Below, one piece after another: positions 29,111 to 43,591 of a DNA stretch of 64,000 nucleotides (its first letter is position 1; each line of letters starts with the position of its first letter). Below the pieces are notes generated by a model that did no database searches, had not been told where the DNA came from, and saw nothing but the letters and a program-made list of their open reading frames with translations. Origin of the DNA: Chrysomallon squamiferum (taxonomy: Eukaryota > Animalia > Mollusca); the NCBI GenBank assembly GCA_012295275.1, contig CM022671.1, forward strand, positions 31,124,001 through 31,188,000, in the 5' to 3' direction. A program made the translations under genes and the position numbers.

Positions 29111-29197
<87 letters not shown>

Positions 29198-29241
29198 GAG
29201 AGTAAGAGAGAGAGAGACAGAGATAGAGAGAGACAGAGAGT

Positions 29242-29292
<51 letters not shown>

Positions 29293-29378
29293 CCGTCCCC
29301 TCTCCGTTCTTAGAGAGAGATCCAGAGAGACAGAGAGACAGAAGAGTCGGTGAGAGAGAGACAGAGACATAGACAGAG

Positions 29379-29463
<85 letters not shown>

Positions 29464-29753
29464 GACGATAGCCGTCCCCCCTCTCCGTTCTTTCTCGGAT
29501 CCATCGTGTACTATTAAAATGTCGGTGTCTGTATACACACGTATTAGCTGGCGTGTAAGTACAGTGTATCTAGTTATGGTTCATTTAACTCGATGATCAT
29601 TCTTGAGAAAACATTTTTTTAATCCTTTGGTATGTTGTATTATGTGTGTCAGCAGTACGAATATATTCTACATGAAATACCTGTGAAGTACTTTAGTTAG
29701 ATTACTAATACAGGGGGTAGTAGTTGCTTTATTTGTACGTATCTATGTATGCA

Positions 29754-29813
<60 letters not shown>

Positions 29814-29892
29814 CAAGTTCCTACACGTACATATGCATAGTCGTACATACATGCACATAGAGATACACACACAAATATGTATATTTATATAA

Positions 29893-30033
29893 ACATATAC
29901 ATACATACATACATACATACATACATACGTACATACATACATACGTACATACATACGTACATACATACATACATACATACATACATACATACACACACAC
30001 ATACATATATACGTACGTACATACATACATACA

Positions 30034-30065
<32 letters not shown>

Positions 30066-30147
30066 CATACATACATACATACATACATACATACATACAT
30101 ACATACATACATACGTACGTACATACATACATACATACATACATACG

Positions 30148-30176
<29 letters not shown>
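29893..30176. repeat. (ATAC)n array with GTAC variants
   Basis: Directly visible. Confidence 0.98.
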
Positions 30177-30180
<4 letters not shown>

Positions 30181-30350
30181 TTTTTTAACCTCGTTGACGG
30201 AAAATGCCTACCGAGATCTATTGTAATGTAACTATTTTTCGACAGTGTAACCTAGACAACAGCTGCCTCGATTTCATCTTCTCATTACAAAATTATATAT
30301 TACTATTAATAAATTTAATACGTAACAAACTGGAAAGCAGATAATAGATA

Positions 30351-30388
<38 letters not shown>

Positions 30389-30437
30389 AGACATATTATT
30401 TCTATTGTAGAAAGGTATATTACTAACCGAAGCACAC
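30181..30437 (+). repeat. Left arm of a ~255-bp inverted duplication
   Basis: Reverse complement of 31810-32063 with few substitutions (e.g. cgacagtgtaacctagacaacagctgcctcgatttcatcttctcattacaaaa). Confidence 0.95.
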
Positions 30438-30450
30438 ATACATACATACA

Positions 30451-30482
<32 letters not shown>

Positions 30483-31224
30483 CATACATATATATACATA
30501 TAGCCAGCAAGCAAAGACACACACATACACACACATACACACACATATACACGCTTACAAACATACATGTATACACCTCCATACAAACACACACATACAC
30601 ATACACAGACATATGCACATATACACACCTAGACACATCTACATACACACATACATACACACTTACTGAGAAACGTATGTTAGTCTGATTTGTTTTGTGG
30701 GTTTTGCCATAATAATATTTGCTATCATATCTATTCCGAGCGCTCTAAATTATACATGTACATAACTTAAAACAGAAATAAAAAAAGAGGCTAAAATTAG
30801 ACAAATATCTAATTCGTTTCGTTTTAGAACTATGAAAATAGCTTGAAAAGCTCAAATGTTTAAAAAAAAACCCAGAGATACAGACACTTGGGGAGAGGCG
30901 GGGGCCGGTGGGAGGCGCGTAGCTTGAGGTAAAAAATGTTAATAAATATCACGTACACGGTGGCCATTATATTACAGTTATTATTCAGAGGTTTGAAATT
31001 CGTACATGGATGGAAAATGACTTTCCATATTTTAAAATGTGTTTACGTGTTTGTATGTATGTGCGTGTGTATTGTGGGTACGAGCGCGCGCGCGTAGGTG
31101 TAGTAGCCTACATGGTGACCGTGCAATAAATATATTTGGAAATACGCAGTAAACGCATTCGTACGTGCATTAGAACGTGAATGAATGCGTGCATTAATAC
31201 AAAATACGCACACACACAGACACA

Positions 31225-31321
<97 letters not shown>

Positions 31322-31809
31322 ACAACCACACAGAGTTCAAATCATGCCTAACCATTGATCGGTGGCAACACATTCTTACGTACATATATATATGTATGTA
31401 TATATATGAATATTGCACTTAACTAATCAAAAGCCTTTGTCCGAAAAAATGTCGATAAATTACATTGTAAAAGATACAACATGTTTTCAGGCTTTGAAAT
31501 CACCTGAAATCTAAATGTAAGAAACACGCCCCCACATGAACACTCTGATGCAGGAATGCGTTTAGAATAGTTATAATTAATAATAACAAAATCAATAACC
31601 ACGTATATGTGTTCAAAGAATAAAAACGAACATAGATTTTGATATCGTATTTAATTAAAGTATTTGTATGTGCGCATGTGCGTGTGAATTTATCGTTACT
31701 TTGCGTTTATTAATTTATCTATATTTCTGTTTGTATATTTGTATGTATGTATATATGTGTGTTCATACGTGACTGTGTTTATGTGTGTATGTTTGTGTGT
31801 GTGTGTGTG

Positions 31810-32063
31810 TGTGTGCTTCGGTTAGTAATATACCTTTCTACAATAGAAATAATATGTGTGTGTGTGTGTGTTTGTGTGTGTGTATTATCTATTATCTGCT
31901 TTCCAATTTGTTATGTATTAAATTTATTAATAGTAATTTATTAATATGATTTTGTAATGAGAAGATGAAATCGAGGCAGCTGTTGTCTAGGTTACACTGT
32001 CGAAAAATAGTTACATTACAATAGATCTTGGTATGCATTTTCCGTCAACGAGGTCAAAAAAAA
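31810..32063 (-). repeat. Right arm of the inverted duplication
   Basis: Reverse complement of 30181-30437. Confidence 0.95.
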
Positions 32064-32813
32064 CAAATTCATAGTCATCGAGTCATCAGATGTGGAGTAC
32101 TTGTTGGATCGAGAAATAACGCAATAAACTCTCCGCGCCGTTCAAAATCAGCCAATAGATGTGCTCCCTTCAAGTGACTTACATATTATTTTTGAATTAC
32201 CATATATGGAAAAGTGTCTGAAAAGTGAACAGCAAGAACAAAAATAGGATTAAATTTACGATTTTGCAAGATTTTAATTCGGTTTCTTTTCTTGTCTCGA
32301 TTTGTGTGCAGTGCCGTTTTCATCTTAAATCAGTAAAATTAAGAACCCTATTTACAGACAAGAAAACGAGTTAATTAATAGCTACATTCAGTTTTTACGT
32401 AGCAGTTTGAAAATGCACAGGCCCCTTAAATATGATAATGGAGATACAGTCACTTATTCTCAACGTAAGTTTTGAATTTCTTTTCAAGACCCTACAACGT
32501 AGCATAACAAATTCACACACACACACACACTTAAATATATACAAGTTCCTGCACGTACATATGCATAGTCATACATACATACAAACAGAGATACACACAG
32601 AAATATATGTATTTGTATAGCTATCTGTGTAATAAATGGACGAGTAACATACAGAAAACAATCCTGAACGTACGGTCTAAATGTACTGTAATCGGCAGTG
32701 GTAAAAATGCTTACGAGCTGATCAGCATCAGCAACACAATTCATATTTAAACATCCTTTCGTGCTTGAAATTTAGAGAGTAATATTTAATGATTTAGTAT
32801 GTTGGTCTGTATG

Positions 32814-32847
<34 letters not shown>

Positions 32848-33013
32848 CAGTAGTAGTAGTACCACTAACAGCAGCAGAAGCAACAATAGTATTAGAAAAA
32901 CCAGCCGTAATAACAGTAGTAATAATAGTAGTCTTAGTAGTAGTAGTAGTAGTAGTAGTAGTAGCAGCAGCAGCAGCAGCAGTAGCGCTAATAGCAGCAA
33001 TAAGTGTAGTGAC

Positions 33014-33062
<49 letters not shown>

Positions 33063-33259
33063 TGATTCTGGTTTATCGTTACCTTCAAATCAAATTTTTT
33101 ACATCAATATAACTGCACTAACAAACTGAATGCAGTAAATAAACAGATTATATAATCAAAGCTGCCCATAAACTTGAGCGTGATGTTTATTTTCGCGTTA
33201 AATTGTAATTACGTATTTTCCACCTTATTTCACGACCAACTCACGCAAAAACAACCAGA

Positions 33260-33545
33260 CCGTCACGCGTGTCCCTGGGTGCTGCAAACCTGTCATTAGC
33301 TGATTGTCGTCGTCTGCGTCGGTTAAACCAGACTTAAAATGACCGCTCAGCACGTGGAACAATGCACCGCGCCACGTATGCACGTGCGAATCGTCGAACG
33401 AGGTCACTGGGTGTTTGTTGCACGCGACGCTCGTCTGCCGAGTTCATTGTCCTCTTTAGGTATTGTTTGTTTCTTTGCAGGTGCCCGAACCGTGCCTCCC
33501 ACGTGCACTGAATTCAGTGTTACGTGCACGTGGAAATAACGCACG
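33260..33545. promoter_or_regulatory. Homotypic E-box/HRE (RCGTG) cluster, putative bHLH enhancer
   Basis: CACGTG at 33351, 33381, 33500 and 33527; TACGTG at 33521; CACGTA at 33373; CACGCG at ~33264 and 33421. Confidence 0.55.
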
Positions 33546-34421
33546 CTGCAAAGTTAGCAAACTGCTTGTGTAACAGCAGATCTGAAGTTGTTTACTGGCT
33601 TCCATTATTGGCAAAACTGCACTTTTCGAACTGAGCCAGGTTTACAGAACAATACAAAATTAATCAATGGAAGGCATAAACATGACAACAGATTTCATCC
33701 AGTCCATTTATCTATATATATATATATATATATACAAAGAACGCCATTTTGTTATATAATGTTCTATATTTATATTTTCCTTTTGAGCTAAATCTGTTTT
33801 ATAGTCAATACAGCAGCAACAGCAGTAGTTGTGGTGATATAGTGGCAGTAGAGATGGGTGGTAATAATAGTGGTAATAGCACGATGGAGTGGTGATTGTG
33901 ATGGTAATAGTAACAGTAGTAGTAGCAACAGTATGTTTCATTTGTTTTTCGATACGTGATATTTTGCTATGTTTTATCTGTTTTAAGTTTTGTCCTGGTT
34001 AATGTACAAAATAAACACTTTAAAATGATATTAATGTCATTGCTGTATGCAGTCACCGTCAACGTTCCCGTTAATTTTTCCAAATCGCTGAGCGGAATGT
34101 TTTATGCTTTGAGCAAAAAAATAATGGAAACGTTCGTCTTTTGTAAATTAAAATGTGACGCCACGTTCGGAGTAACTCGACACAAATACAGCAGACGCGC
34201 ACAGTGCACTTTTAGAGGGAAACTTTGATTACAGCGTATATCTGCGTATACGATCCAAACCTGAGGTCTTTTTATTATTTACGCCAAAGATAAAACCCGA
34301 ACTTTGTTTACCCTACAGTTTAGACTGACCCAAAGGGATGGTGATCAGTTAAAATGTCTTGGGAAAACCGTTGTTGTTATTGTTGTTGTTGTTGTTGTTG
34401 TTATTACTGCAAAAATAGAGT

Positions 34422-34694
34422 GGGACGTAACTCTTAAGAAGTGGTGGGTCATCGATATCTCTTCGTTGACAAATTGAATTATTTCTCGTTCCAGCCAGCA
34501 CTCGCCAAATTAGAGTAACACAATACTGTAGGATGTACTGCCTTGTCTCTGGGATGGTGCATATAAAAGATTTAATGCAGCTAATTTGGAAAAGTTGCTC
34601 ATGAATCTTTTTTTTTTTTGTCTCTCGTTATTTGAGCTTCCGACGCTATATAACCGAAAATAAATTTGCGTCATTAAACAGAAAATTTCCTTCC
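34422..34694 (+). mobile_element. Degraded tRNA-derived SINE of a type I recall as abundant in a gastropod genome
   Basis: gggacgta head, tatttctcgttccagccag, tgggatggtgcatataaaagat, ccgacgctatataaccg and tttccttcc tail in the order I remember from a Gigantopelta aegis repeat (recall, not searched). Confidence 0.7.
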
Positions 34695-34819
34695 TTTTTT
34701 TACTGGAGAAGACGTGAAATAGTCGAATCTTGAAATAAAATTATTTCATTCTGATTAGTGAAGAAAAATGCTAGAGAAGAAGAAGAAGAAAAAGATGGAT
34801 TTCTCATTGTTCTCGTTTG

Positions 34820-35075
34820 ACAAGGTCACGCTGGCAAATACCGCGGGGAATGCGGGAGAATGGGGGTGCTCCGGCCAAAGATAACTCCAGTTCAAGTAAC
34901 GGCACGCGAGCCGACGTCAGGTGATCGGTCTGCGCGTGGCACGGTCTGTCATATTTCTTTTTTCTTTTTCAAAAATAGCCTGCCCTATTGCCCCCGCCAC
35001 CACCGTCCCCCCGCCATGCGCGCGACGACGCGTTCTTGTCGCTTTTGTTTGCGTGTCTGAATTTCACGGCCGAAA
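34820..35075. promoter_or_regulatory. GC/CpG-rich island, possible promoter or enhancer
   Basis: Among the most GC-rich stretches of the window, with many CpGs, GGCACGCG, CCCGCC twice, a MEF2-like AAAAATAG and AGGTCA. Confidence 0.35.
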
Positions 35076-35396
35076 AGCAAACACCAGACATTATTTTCAT
35101 GCAAAATTCGCTAAGACGTTCTATAACAAAGAATTTGCGCAGTTTGGTTAAGGCAGCCAAAACATTCGTATTTTTTGTCACCGTCTTTCTAGAAATTTGC
35201 TAAACGTGCCTAAAATGTTCTTTACAAACGTGACCTTTGACCATTTGCATTTCATTTTTCGGAGAATTTTATGTTTTTTATTTTTTTTAAATTTAACAAG
35301 GTCATGGTCAGGGTAATTACGTAGCAGCCAGTTGAGGTGTACTGTAATAAAGGAATGTTAGAGTACAAATGATATTCAACAACAACGGTCACAACG

Positions 35397-35437
<41 letters not shown>

Positions 35438-35486
35438 AATAATAATAATCGTTATTATTATTATTATTCAAGATTACTATCTGTGT

Positions 35487-35529
<43 letters not shown>

Positions 35530-35967
35530 CTTACTACAGTATATTTCTGAACTTGACATAAGTGTACTAATATAATGTCCCCTTTTTAAACTTACAAAAA
35601 GAAAAAAAAAAAAAAATCGGACACAAGGACGCTGGGAACACCTTTAGAGGGTCAAACGAAGATGAAACAAAAGACGATACCTTTACAATTTTTATATGCG
35701 TTTATTTTTATTTTTGTTTTTGAAACGTGATCGCGTTTAAAGATGCCGCAAGATTAATGTCACTGTTTTTTTTATTTTTCAGATGTGCGTATTATATAAC
35801 AAAGACCTAGTGATGTTTAGGAGGACATCCTTTATGCACTTACTAATCGTTCTCTTCACTAACCTACACTAGTGTGGAAGTCAAAATGTTGGTTAGTGTC
35901 TAAAGTCGGTCGTTGCCTTACATGTTGTATAACCGTGGATTAAACATAGCAGTCACTTCATTATTAA

Positions 35968-36070
<103 letters not shown>

Positions 36071-37068
36071 ATGTGGGTGGGTTGGTGTGTCTTCTGAATA
36101 TTTCCTGTATCGACTTATTACAATTAACTGTCTGTATCTCTGTACGGGTGTACATTGCGTCTAAAATAAATAAATGAATAAATAAATAAAGTAAAAAACA
36201 AAAACGAATCGACTATAAATAAACTCTTGTAACTTACAAACACTTGACACCAGACAGCTTTATCTAAACGTTTGTAAACAAATACGGCATTTTTGCTTAT
36301 ATTAAAGTCATTTTTCATCGCTACACACAGGCGAAAATAAGCGAGCATTCTCCACTTTCCTATCGCCGTTCTGCAAACAAACAAACAAACCAGACGAAGT
36401 CTTACACCGCGCGCGACCCTCAGCAGCAGACGTCTGCTCCAAAGACGGAAAGAAATTTGATGAAATGTACTTGATTAGGCACAATCTCATCGTCGTCTGC
36501 GAGTATTCATCTGAAGTAAAATTTCATCGTCTGCCACTATCGCGATTGCCAGACGACGTAAGTGAGAAATAAAATCACTCGAAAGACACGTCGTCTTGTG
36601 AAGCCAAAGACTCGGTGATAAAAATCTAATTTAAAAAAAAAAAAATTTAAAAAATAAAATAAAATAAAATAATAATAATCTGTTTTGTATGGTCGGGACA
36701 GAATGTCAGTGTATTATATTATTAATAAAAAAAAAATAATAAACTTGTATGTTAGTATCAGTTTTCCTCAAGAGTGTGATTCATAACTGGGTGCAGACGA
36801 TTGTAAAAATATTTACACAAGTGAACTTATTCAGGAATGCGTTTCACGGGAAAGATTCTGACAGAAAAGTGCTCTGTATTAATGCAAGTTTCTCAGAAAC
36901 ATTTCTCTCTCGGGCAGACCTGAAATGTAAATTATATCTGTTTAATAATCTACAGTGATGTTACCGCCTGCTGCAACAACGACCTGTTGTGCATGCGGTG
37001 GATGCAAATGATTTCCAAACTGGAGAGCTCATCATTTGATCCTGCTGTCGTGGACGTACGATTCTGAC

Positions 37069-37164
<96 letters not shown>

Positions 37165-38768
37165 CCCTCACAAATTCGGAAAAACAGCGAGTGGGGGAAC
37201 TGAGCTTTTTAATTTTTTTATCTTGCCCTCTCCCTTTAGTAAAAGAATCCTCATACGCCCACGTTATGTGTCTAGTACTAGAATTAATAAATCCCTGAAC
37301 CGTTCCATAGGGCAAAATTTATTTTAAATAATTTATTTAATAAATAAATAAATAAATAAATTCCTATAATCACCGGATATTAACATGGTTGGATAGATCA
37401 GTGATTTTTAAAAACTTTTATTATTAATTTAATTTTTATTTATTTAGAAACTGTCTGGTGCAACTTTTTACATTCTCCTCGCGCGGGAGTCCTCGGTTTA
37501 ACCTTAGCTGATGATGAGCAGATGGTGTCTTCCAGCACTCGAACTCGACTCAAAACCGAGTGACTCATTGATTAGCCAGCAGGCCAGAGGTTTCACACCA
37601 CAGTTCCTAAGACTTCCCGAACAGATGGTCCTTCGGGTGTCATAACCGTTTGTCCCCGCTCAAGCACCACAGCTCAAAGCTACGAGATAAACGAAAACGC
37701 GACCTTTGACCCCTGCTAATGATCTGCCTGCTTGACCTCAACTTCGGACAGAGGGAGGTGAATTGATGGAGTGGGGCAGTCCTCTCACCGACACCACCCC
37801 AGATCTGCACTTCTTGCTCATCTTCATTTTTTCCTATTTCTTTCTTTGTTCTTCTTCTTCTTCTTCTTCGTTAGTATATTTTTTCGTTAGTATTTTTGAG
37901 ACTGTCGTACTATTACTAATAGTAGTAGTCGTAGTAGTAGTAGCAACTGGTGCTGTTGTAGCTGTGATAGTAGTAGTAGTAGTAGTAGTAATGATAACAG
38001 TAACAAGTACAATAGACGTAGAAACTGTCGGGTTTTTTGTAGTTGTGTTTGTGGTAATAGTACTGATAACAGCAGTAGTAATAGTTGTTGTTGTAGTAGT
38101 TGTAGTGGTCGTGGTGGTAACCGTAATAATAAACAATAACTGAAAAATTCGGTCCCTTATTTCCAGCAATTATTTCTTTTGACTAAGATAACATACTTTT
38201 TTTCTTTAAAAAACGAACCAACAATTCGGATCAAATCAATCTTTAGAAATACATCTAACAAATAAAGCCTATAATTATATACATTATTACTTCTTTTTTT
38301 TTTTTTTATTATTATTATTCAGTTTTGAAAAGATCAAAAACAAAATCTAGGTCTGTTTTTTTTTTTTTTTTTTTTTTTTTTTTCAGGCAATGCGGTCTAT
38401 TTCCTGTGAACTCATTCTCCATTTCGACAACAGACGACACAGATTTGGCGGTCGTGTAATGGGTGATAAAACAAACGGCGATCTTTCTTCGTTTAACGAA
38501 GAACATAAGCTGCAATATGAAACAAAGTCGCCGTGTTCTCGTTTCCATTAAGCTAATTAGGTTAAAAGAAAGCCGCAGAGTTCAGTACCGAACCGTTCAC
38601 TGTTCGTCTGAAACAGAAACCCTGTGCTGCGTGCGTGTCTGCCTCTGGCTGTTTCGTACTAAAGTGAGACGGGTGTCTTGCACTTTTAAGGTGTTCTGTT
38701 AGGGCCGTGTGTTGTTGGTGTCTTGTTTGTCTTTTTTTTTTTTTTTTTTTTTTACAGTTTTTTTTTTT

Positions 38769-38873
<105 letters not shown>

Positions 38874-39126
38874 CCTGTGCTTGTTTACCTTAAATTTATC
38901 ATGAGAGATTTGTTATTTTCTTTTATGTTTTTTTTTTAATTTTGTGTACCTTGTGCATAATCTGTTAAAAGTTTCAAGTTCAAGTTGATAACTGTATTTT
39001 TTCTTGTTGTTGATGAGTAGTTTTAATAATAATATTAACAATAACAACAATGATAATGATGATAATTACTTATAACTATTATTATCATACATACATCAGA
39101 CTCAATTGTCATCGTCTTAATTATTA

Positions 39127-39161
<35 letters not shown>

Positions 39162-39666
39162 AAACAAACACTGCTAACATAACAGCTTAAATAAAACTCG
39201 TATTAGTTGTAACAAAAATCCGGGTATTAATTTTCACAATTGTGACGCGCACGCTATTTACATCCTGTTAGCTGCACCTATCTAGGATCCGCGGTTTCGT
39301 AGTAACCCGCGTACATTCCTTCATCTCCCCGTCCATTCACAACACAGACAGAACACGAGTGTTCTGCCTGATCTTTTATTCCCCGTGACATACAAATAGC
39401 TAGAAAGAATTTCAGCTGTTCTCCGGTCTCTTTTTTTTTAAGGTCACCGACAGGTGCGAACGTGCGAGCAATTATGTCCGGCTATTGTTCGACAACCGGA
39501 CACCTGCCGCTAGAGTGGCGTCCCCTGCTAAGTGTGTCTGCACCTGTCGTAGAGTCAGTCACGTGTCAAAACACGACGACCACTTTGGGATTCCAGGACG
39601 CGGGCTGGATTTGAAGTAAAACGCTTGCGGGAGATTTGTGTTGTATTTATTTATTTATTTATTTGT

Positions 39667-39697
<31 letters not shown>

Positions 39698-39862
39698 TTT
39701 GTTTATTTATTTATTTATTTATTTATTTATTTGTTTATTTATTTATTTATTTATTGTTTTACAAGTAATAGAAATAGTGATGGCGGCAGCTGCAGTAATA
39801 TCAATAGTAATAACTGTTGTAGTAACTGTTGCAGCAGCTACAAACAGAATCAGTACTAATAC

Positions 39863-39906
<44 letters not shown>

Positions 39907-40933
39907 CTAGTTTGTAAAAGTAGTTACTGTTGTTATTGAAATATTATTTATAGCGATAGCACTAGTGGTGTAGTAGACGTAGTCACAGCAGTAGCAGTAG
40001 TGGTGTAGTAGACGTAGTGATAGGAGTCACGTTTTACAGAGTACATGCCAAAAATTTGACGTAAAAACTTGACTTTCATTTCTTTTTTCTGACACATGTT
40101 CCTCTCTCGTATATCATTGTTATAAAACTAATAATAACAATAAGAACAAGAAGAACAAGAACAAGAACTCTTTCAACAACAACAACAACGCCAACAACAC
40201 CACCACCAACAACAACACCAACAACAACAACAACAACAACAGAACGAAGAACATGTTTTAGTAAACTCAGCGTATGATAGTTACGATTTTAAAAACAGTA
40301 ACAGTAACTCTCACACATGATCAGTTAACTGTATAACCTGTGATTTAATCGCCATTCATTCATTCGTCACATTCCGATCCTCAAAGCTGTTCACGTTAAT
40401 CCTCTTCCAACGTTTACAATGTCACTGACGTCGTGTTTGTCAGTATAAACGGGTCACCTCTGGAATGACGTTGCGCAATTACATGGCGATGTTATTTGAA
40501 GATAGCACGAGCCAGTCCCGTGCACTGACGTAGTAATCACATATATATATATTTTATTTTTAACTTACTTACTTAATACTATGAGACGAATGTCAATGTT
40601 GCGTAGATCATGAAGAAAAAAACAACTGCGTAGTAAAAAAATTGTATATATTTTTTTTTTTTTTTTTTTTTTTTTAAAACATGTTTTGTTGATGTATACA
40701 TGATTTATCAGATATTACAGTGTGTTAAACTTCACGCTTGGTTTGATAAATAAGTGAAGTCACTGGGGATTTTTTTTTTTTTTTTTTTTATTTTTTTTTT
40801 TTTTTTATTGTTGTTGTTGTTTATATCTTTTGATTCCGAGTTTTGGGTTAGAGAAAGAGAGTGAGAGAGAAACAGAAAGATGAAAATAGAACCCGAGACT
40901 GACAGACAGACAACAAAGACGTCGACAATTAGT

Positions 40934-40976
<43 letters not shown>

Positions 40977-41206
40977 CAGTAGTAGCAGCAGTAGTATAAC
41001 AACTGTTACTACTACTACTATCATCAAACAGAGAGAGAGAGACAGACAGAGACACTCGATAAGAATGAAAAGTGGAAGTATGAGAAAGAAGAGACTTACT
41101 TGAATGAATGTGTGTATGTGTGTGTGTTTGTATATGTGTGTGTGTTGTGTGTGAGTGTGTGTGTGAGAGAAGTGTGATGTGACTGAGTGTGTATGAGAGA
41201 GTTGAC

Positions 41207-41262
<56 letters not shown>

Positions 41263-41269
41263 TGTGTGT

Positions 41270-41346
<77 letters not shown>

Positions 41347-41727
41347 TGTTATTTCTCTTTGTTCTTTACGATCTGTTTTCGAGTTGTACTTTGACAAGAA
41401 ATCGCTAGCGGGTTTCTCTCACTCACACGCTCATCAAAGTGAAACACTGCGGGTCCTCGGAACAGAATCCAAAACTCGATTAAAAGCACATTTCCCGGTT
41501 TTAAACTTCACCACATCTTCTCAACAACAAAACACTCTGAAAAAAGCGCGTGTTCTTTATTTCAGATTACAGGCTATGTAAAGTGTAACTTTCTTCTGTA
41601 CATGATGTTCGTGTATTTACGAGAATCTTATCAAAACCAGATTCACATTTCTCATAACGTAATAACGTTTACTTAGTTCGTGTCTGCAAGGCATTAGTCA
41701 AACACAGGCGTATAAGTTTCTATTACA

Positions 41728-41798
41728 CCGGTTGAGCACGCACATCTAGTTTAGTAGGTCGCGGGTTCAAACCTCGTGGGTGGATCCACTCAGATTTC
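41728..41798 (+). mobile_element. Truncated tRNA-derived SINE head
   Basis: cggttgagcacg (D-arm-like) ... gtcgcgGGTTCAAACC (B box) ... ggtggatccactcag. Confidence 0.5.
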
Positions 41799-41934
41799 AG
41801 TGTTCGTTTCATTGTCGATACACGATTAATATTTGGGTTGTTTTCACTGCTACGTTATTTGATTACTTTTCGAAAAAAAAAAAAAAAAAAAATGTTTATT
41901 TTTCCAGCCCTTATACGATAAGATTAAATAAATT

Positions 41935-42049
<115 letters not shown>

Positions 42050-42415
42050 TATAAATAAATAAATGAATAATCATATCCGAACTCTAAAGTATGTAATAAA
42101 TAATAACCACGAAAATGATCCTGATGATGTTAAACAAATATTCGTCTCATACTTGAATGCACACAGAATATTATTTCGATTCAATGACAACGCTACATTT
42201 TAAATGTTTAAAAGCCCACTGAAACTTTTATGAGCGATAAAATAATAATAATAATAATGATGATGATGATGATGATAGCAACAACAGCAGCAGCAACAAC
42301 AACAACAATAATAATAATAAATAAATAATGAATGAATGAATAAATAAATAAATAAATAATTATTTTATAATGTTTCTAAGCGTAAGACTTTTTTTTTTTT
42401 TTTTTTTTTAAAATC

Positions 42416-42838
42416 GTTTATAAGTGTTTAAATGATCTTAGAAAGTTTATAAGCGTTTAAATGATCTTGGAAAGTTTATAAGGGTTTAAATGATCTTGGA
42501 AAGTTTATAAGCGTTTAAATGATCTCGGAAAGTTTATAAGCTTTTAAATGATCTCGGAAAGTTTATAAGTGTTTAAATGATCTTGGAAAGTTTATAAGCG
42601 TTTAAATGATCTTAGAAAGTTTATAAGCGTTTAAATGATCTTAGAAAGTTTATAAGGGCTTAAATGATCTTAGAAAGTTTATAAGCGTTTAAATGATCTT
42701 AGAAAGTTTATAAGCGTTTAAATGATCTTAGAAAGTTTATAAGCGTTTAAATGATCTTAGAAAGTTTATAAGTGTTTAAATGATCTTAGAAAGTTTATAA
42801 GCGTTTAAATGATCTTAGAAAGTTTATAAGCGTTTAAA
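42416..42838. repeat. 29-bp minisatellite, ~14.6 copies
   Basis: Unit gtttataagcgtttaaatgatcttagaaa, head-to-tail with 0-3 substitutions and no spacers. Confidence 0.98.
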
Positions 42839-43316
42839 ATATTTAAACATTTATCGGCTAAACGTTACGTTGTGATGATTCAGTGAAGTAAAGTCAAACA
42901 GCGGATATTTAAATAAACACGCCCGTTTGAGCATGTCATTATGTTTAGGGTTTTTAAACAGTGGGGGTCGGGTGTGCTCGAATAGATCGGCAGATTCCTT
43001 AAAGACACACCTTGTTATATTCTTATATAGCGATAATCTTCTTAATCATAATTATACAAAAAATAAAAATAGAAATAAAAATCATATATACACATTATAA
43101 TTTAAAGAAGTAATGTTTAACATTACAATATGTTATTACTAACAATCAGTATAAATCCTGTGTGTCTGTGTGTGTGTGTGTATGTATGTATATATATATA
43201 TATATACACAGACATACATGTGTATATAAACATATATGTGTGTGTATAAATATATATATATGTATGTGTGTGTATGTGTGTGTGTGTGTGTCTGTATACA
43301 TATATATATGTATACA

Positions 43317-43350
<34 letters not shown>

Positions 43351-43526
43351 GTAAACGTTTCCTGTATTATATACAAACTGAATTTAGAAGGAAAAAAAAG
43401 ATGAAGAAAAAGATAAGAAAACACTTTAAAGATGATCTCCTTTGATTTCTCATACTGTGGTCCGATCATTTATTTATCTATCTGTCTATCTGTCTATCCA
43501 TCTCTCTATCTATCTATCTATATATC

Positions 43527-43559
<33 letters not shown>

Positions 43560-43560
43560 T

Positions 43561-43591
<31 letters not shown>

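Noticed and set aside
32064-32430. Segment ending in GGCCCCTTAA, like a TTAA-targeting transposon end
   Set aside because: No matching opposite terminus found in the window.
33455-33540. Splice-acceptor-like tttctttgcag|G
   Set aside because: No convincing downstream coding frame or donor site; unsupported without RNA data.
42416-42838. 29-bp repeats of CRISPR-like length
   Set aside because: Units are contiguous with no unique spacers, there are no cas genes, and the context is eukaryotic.
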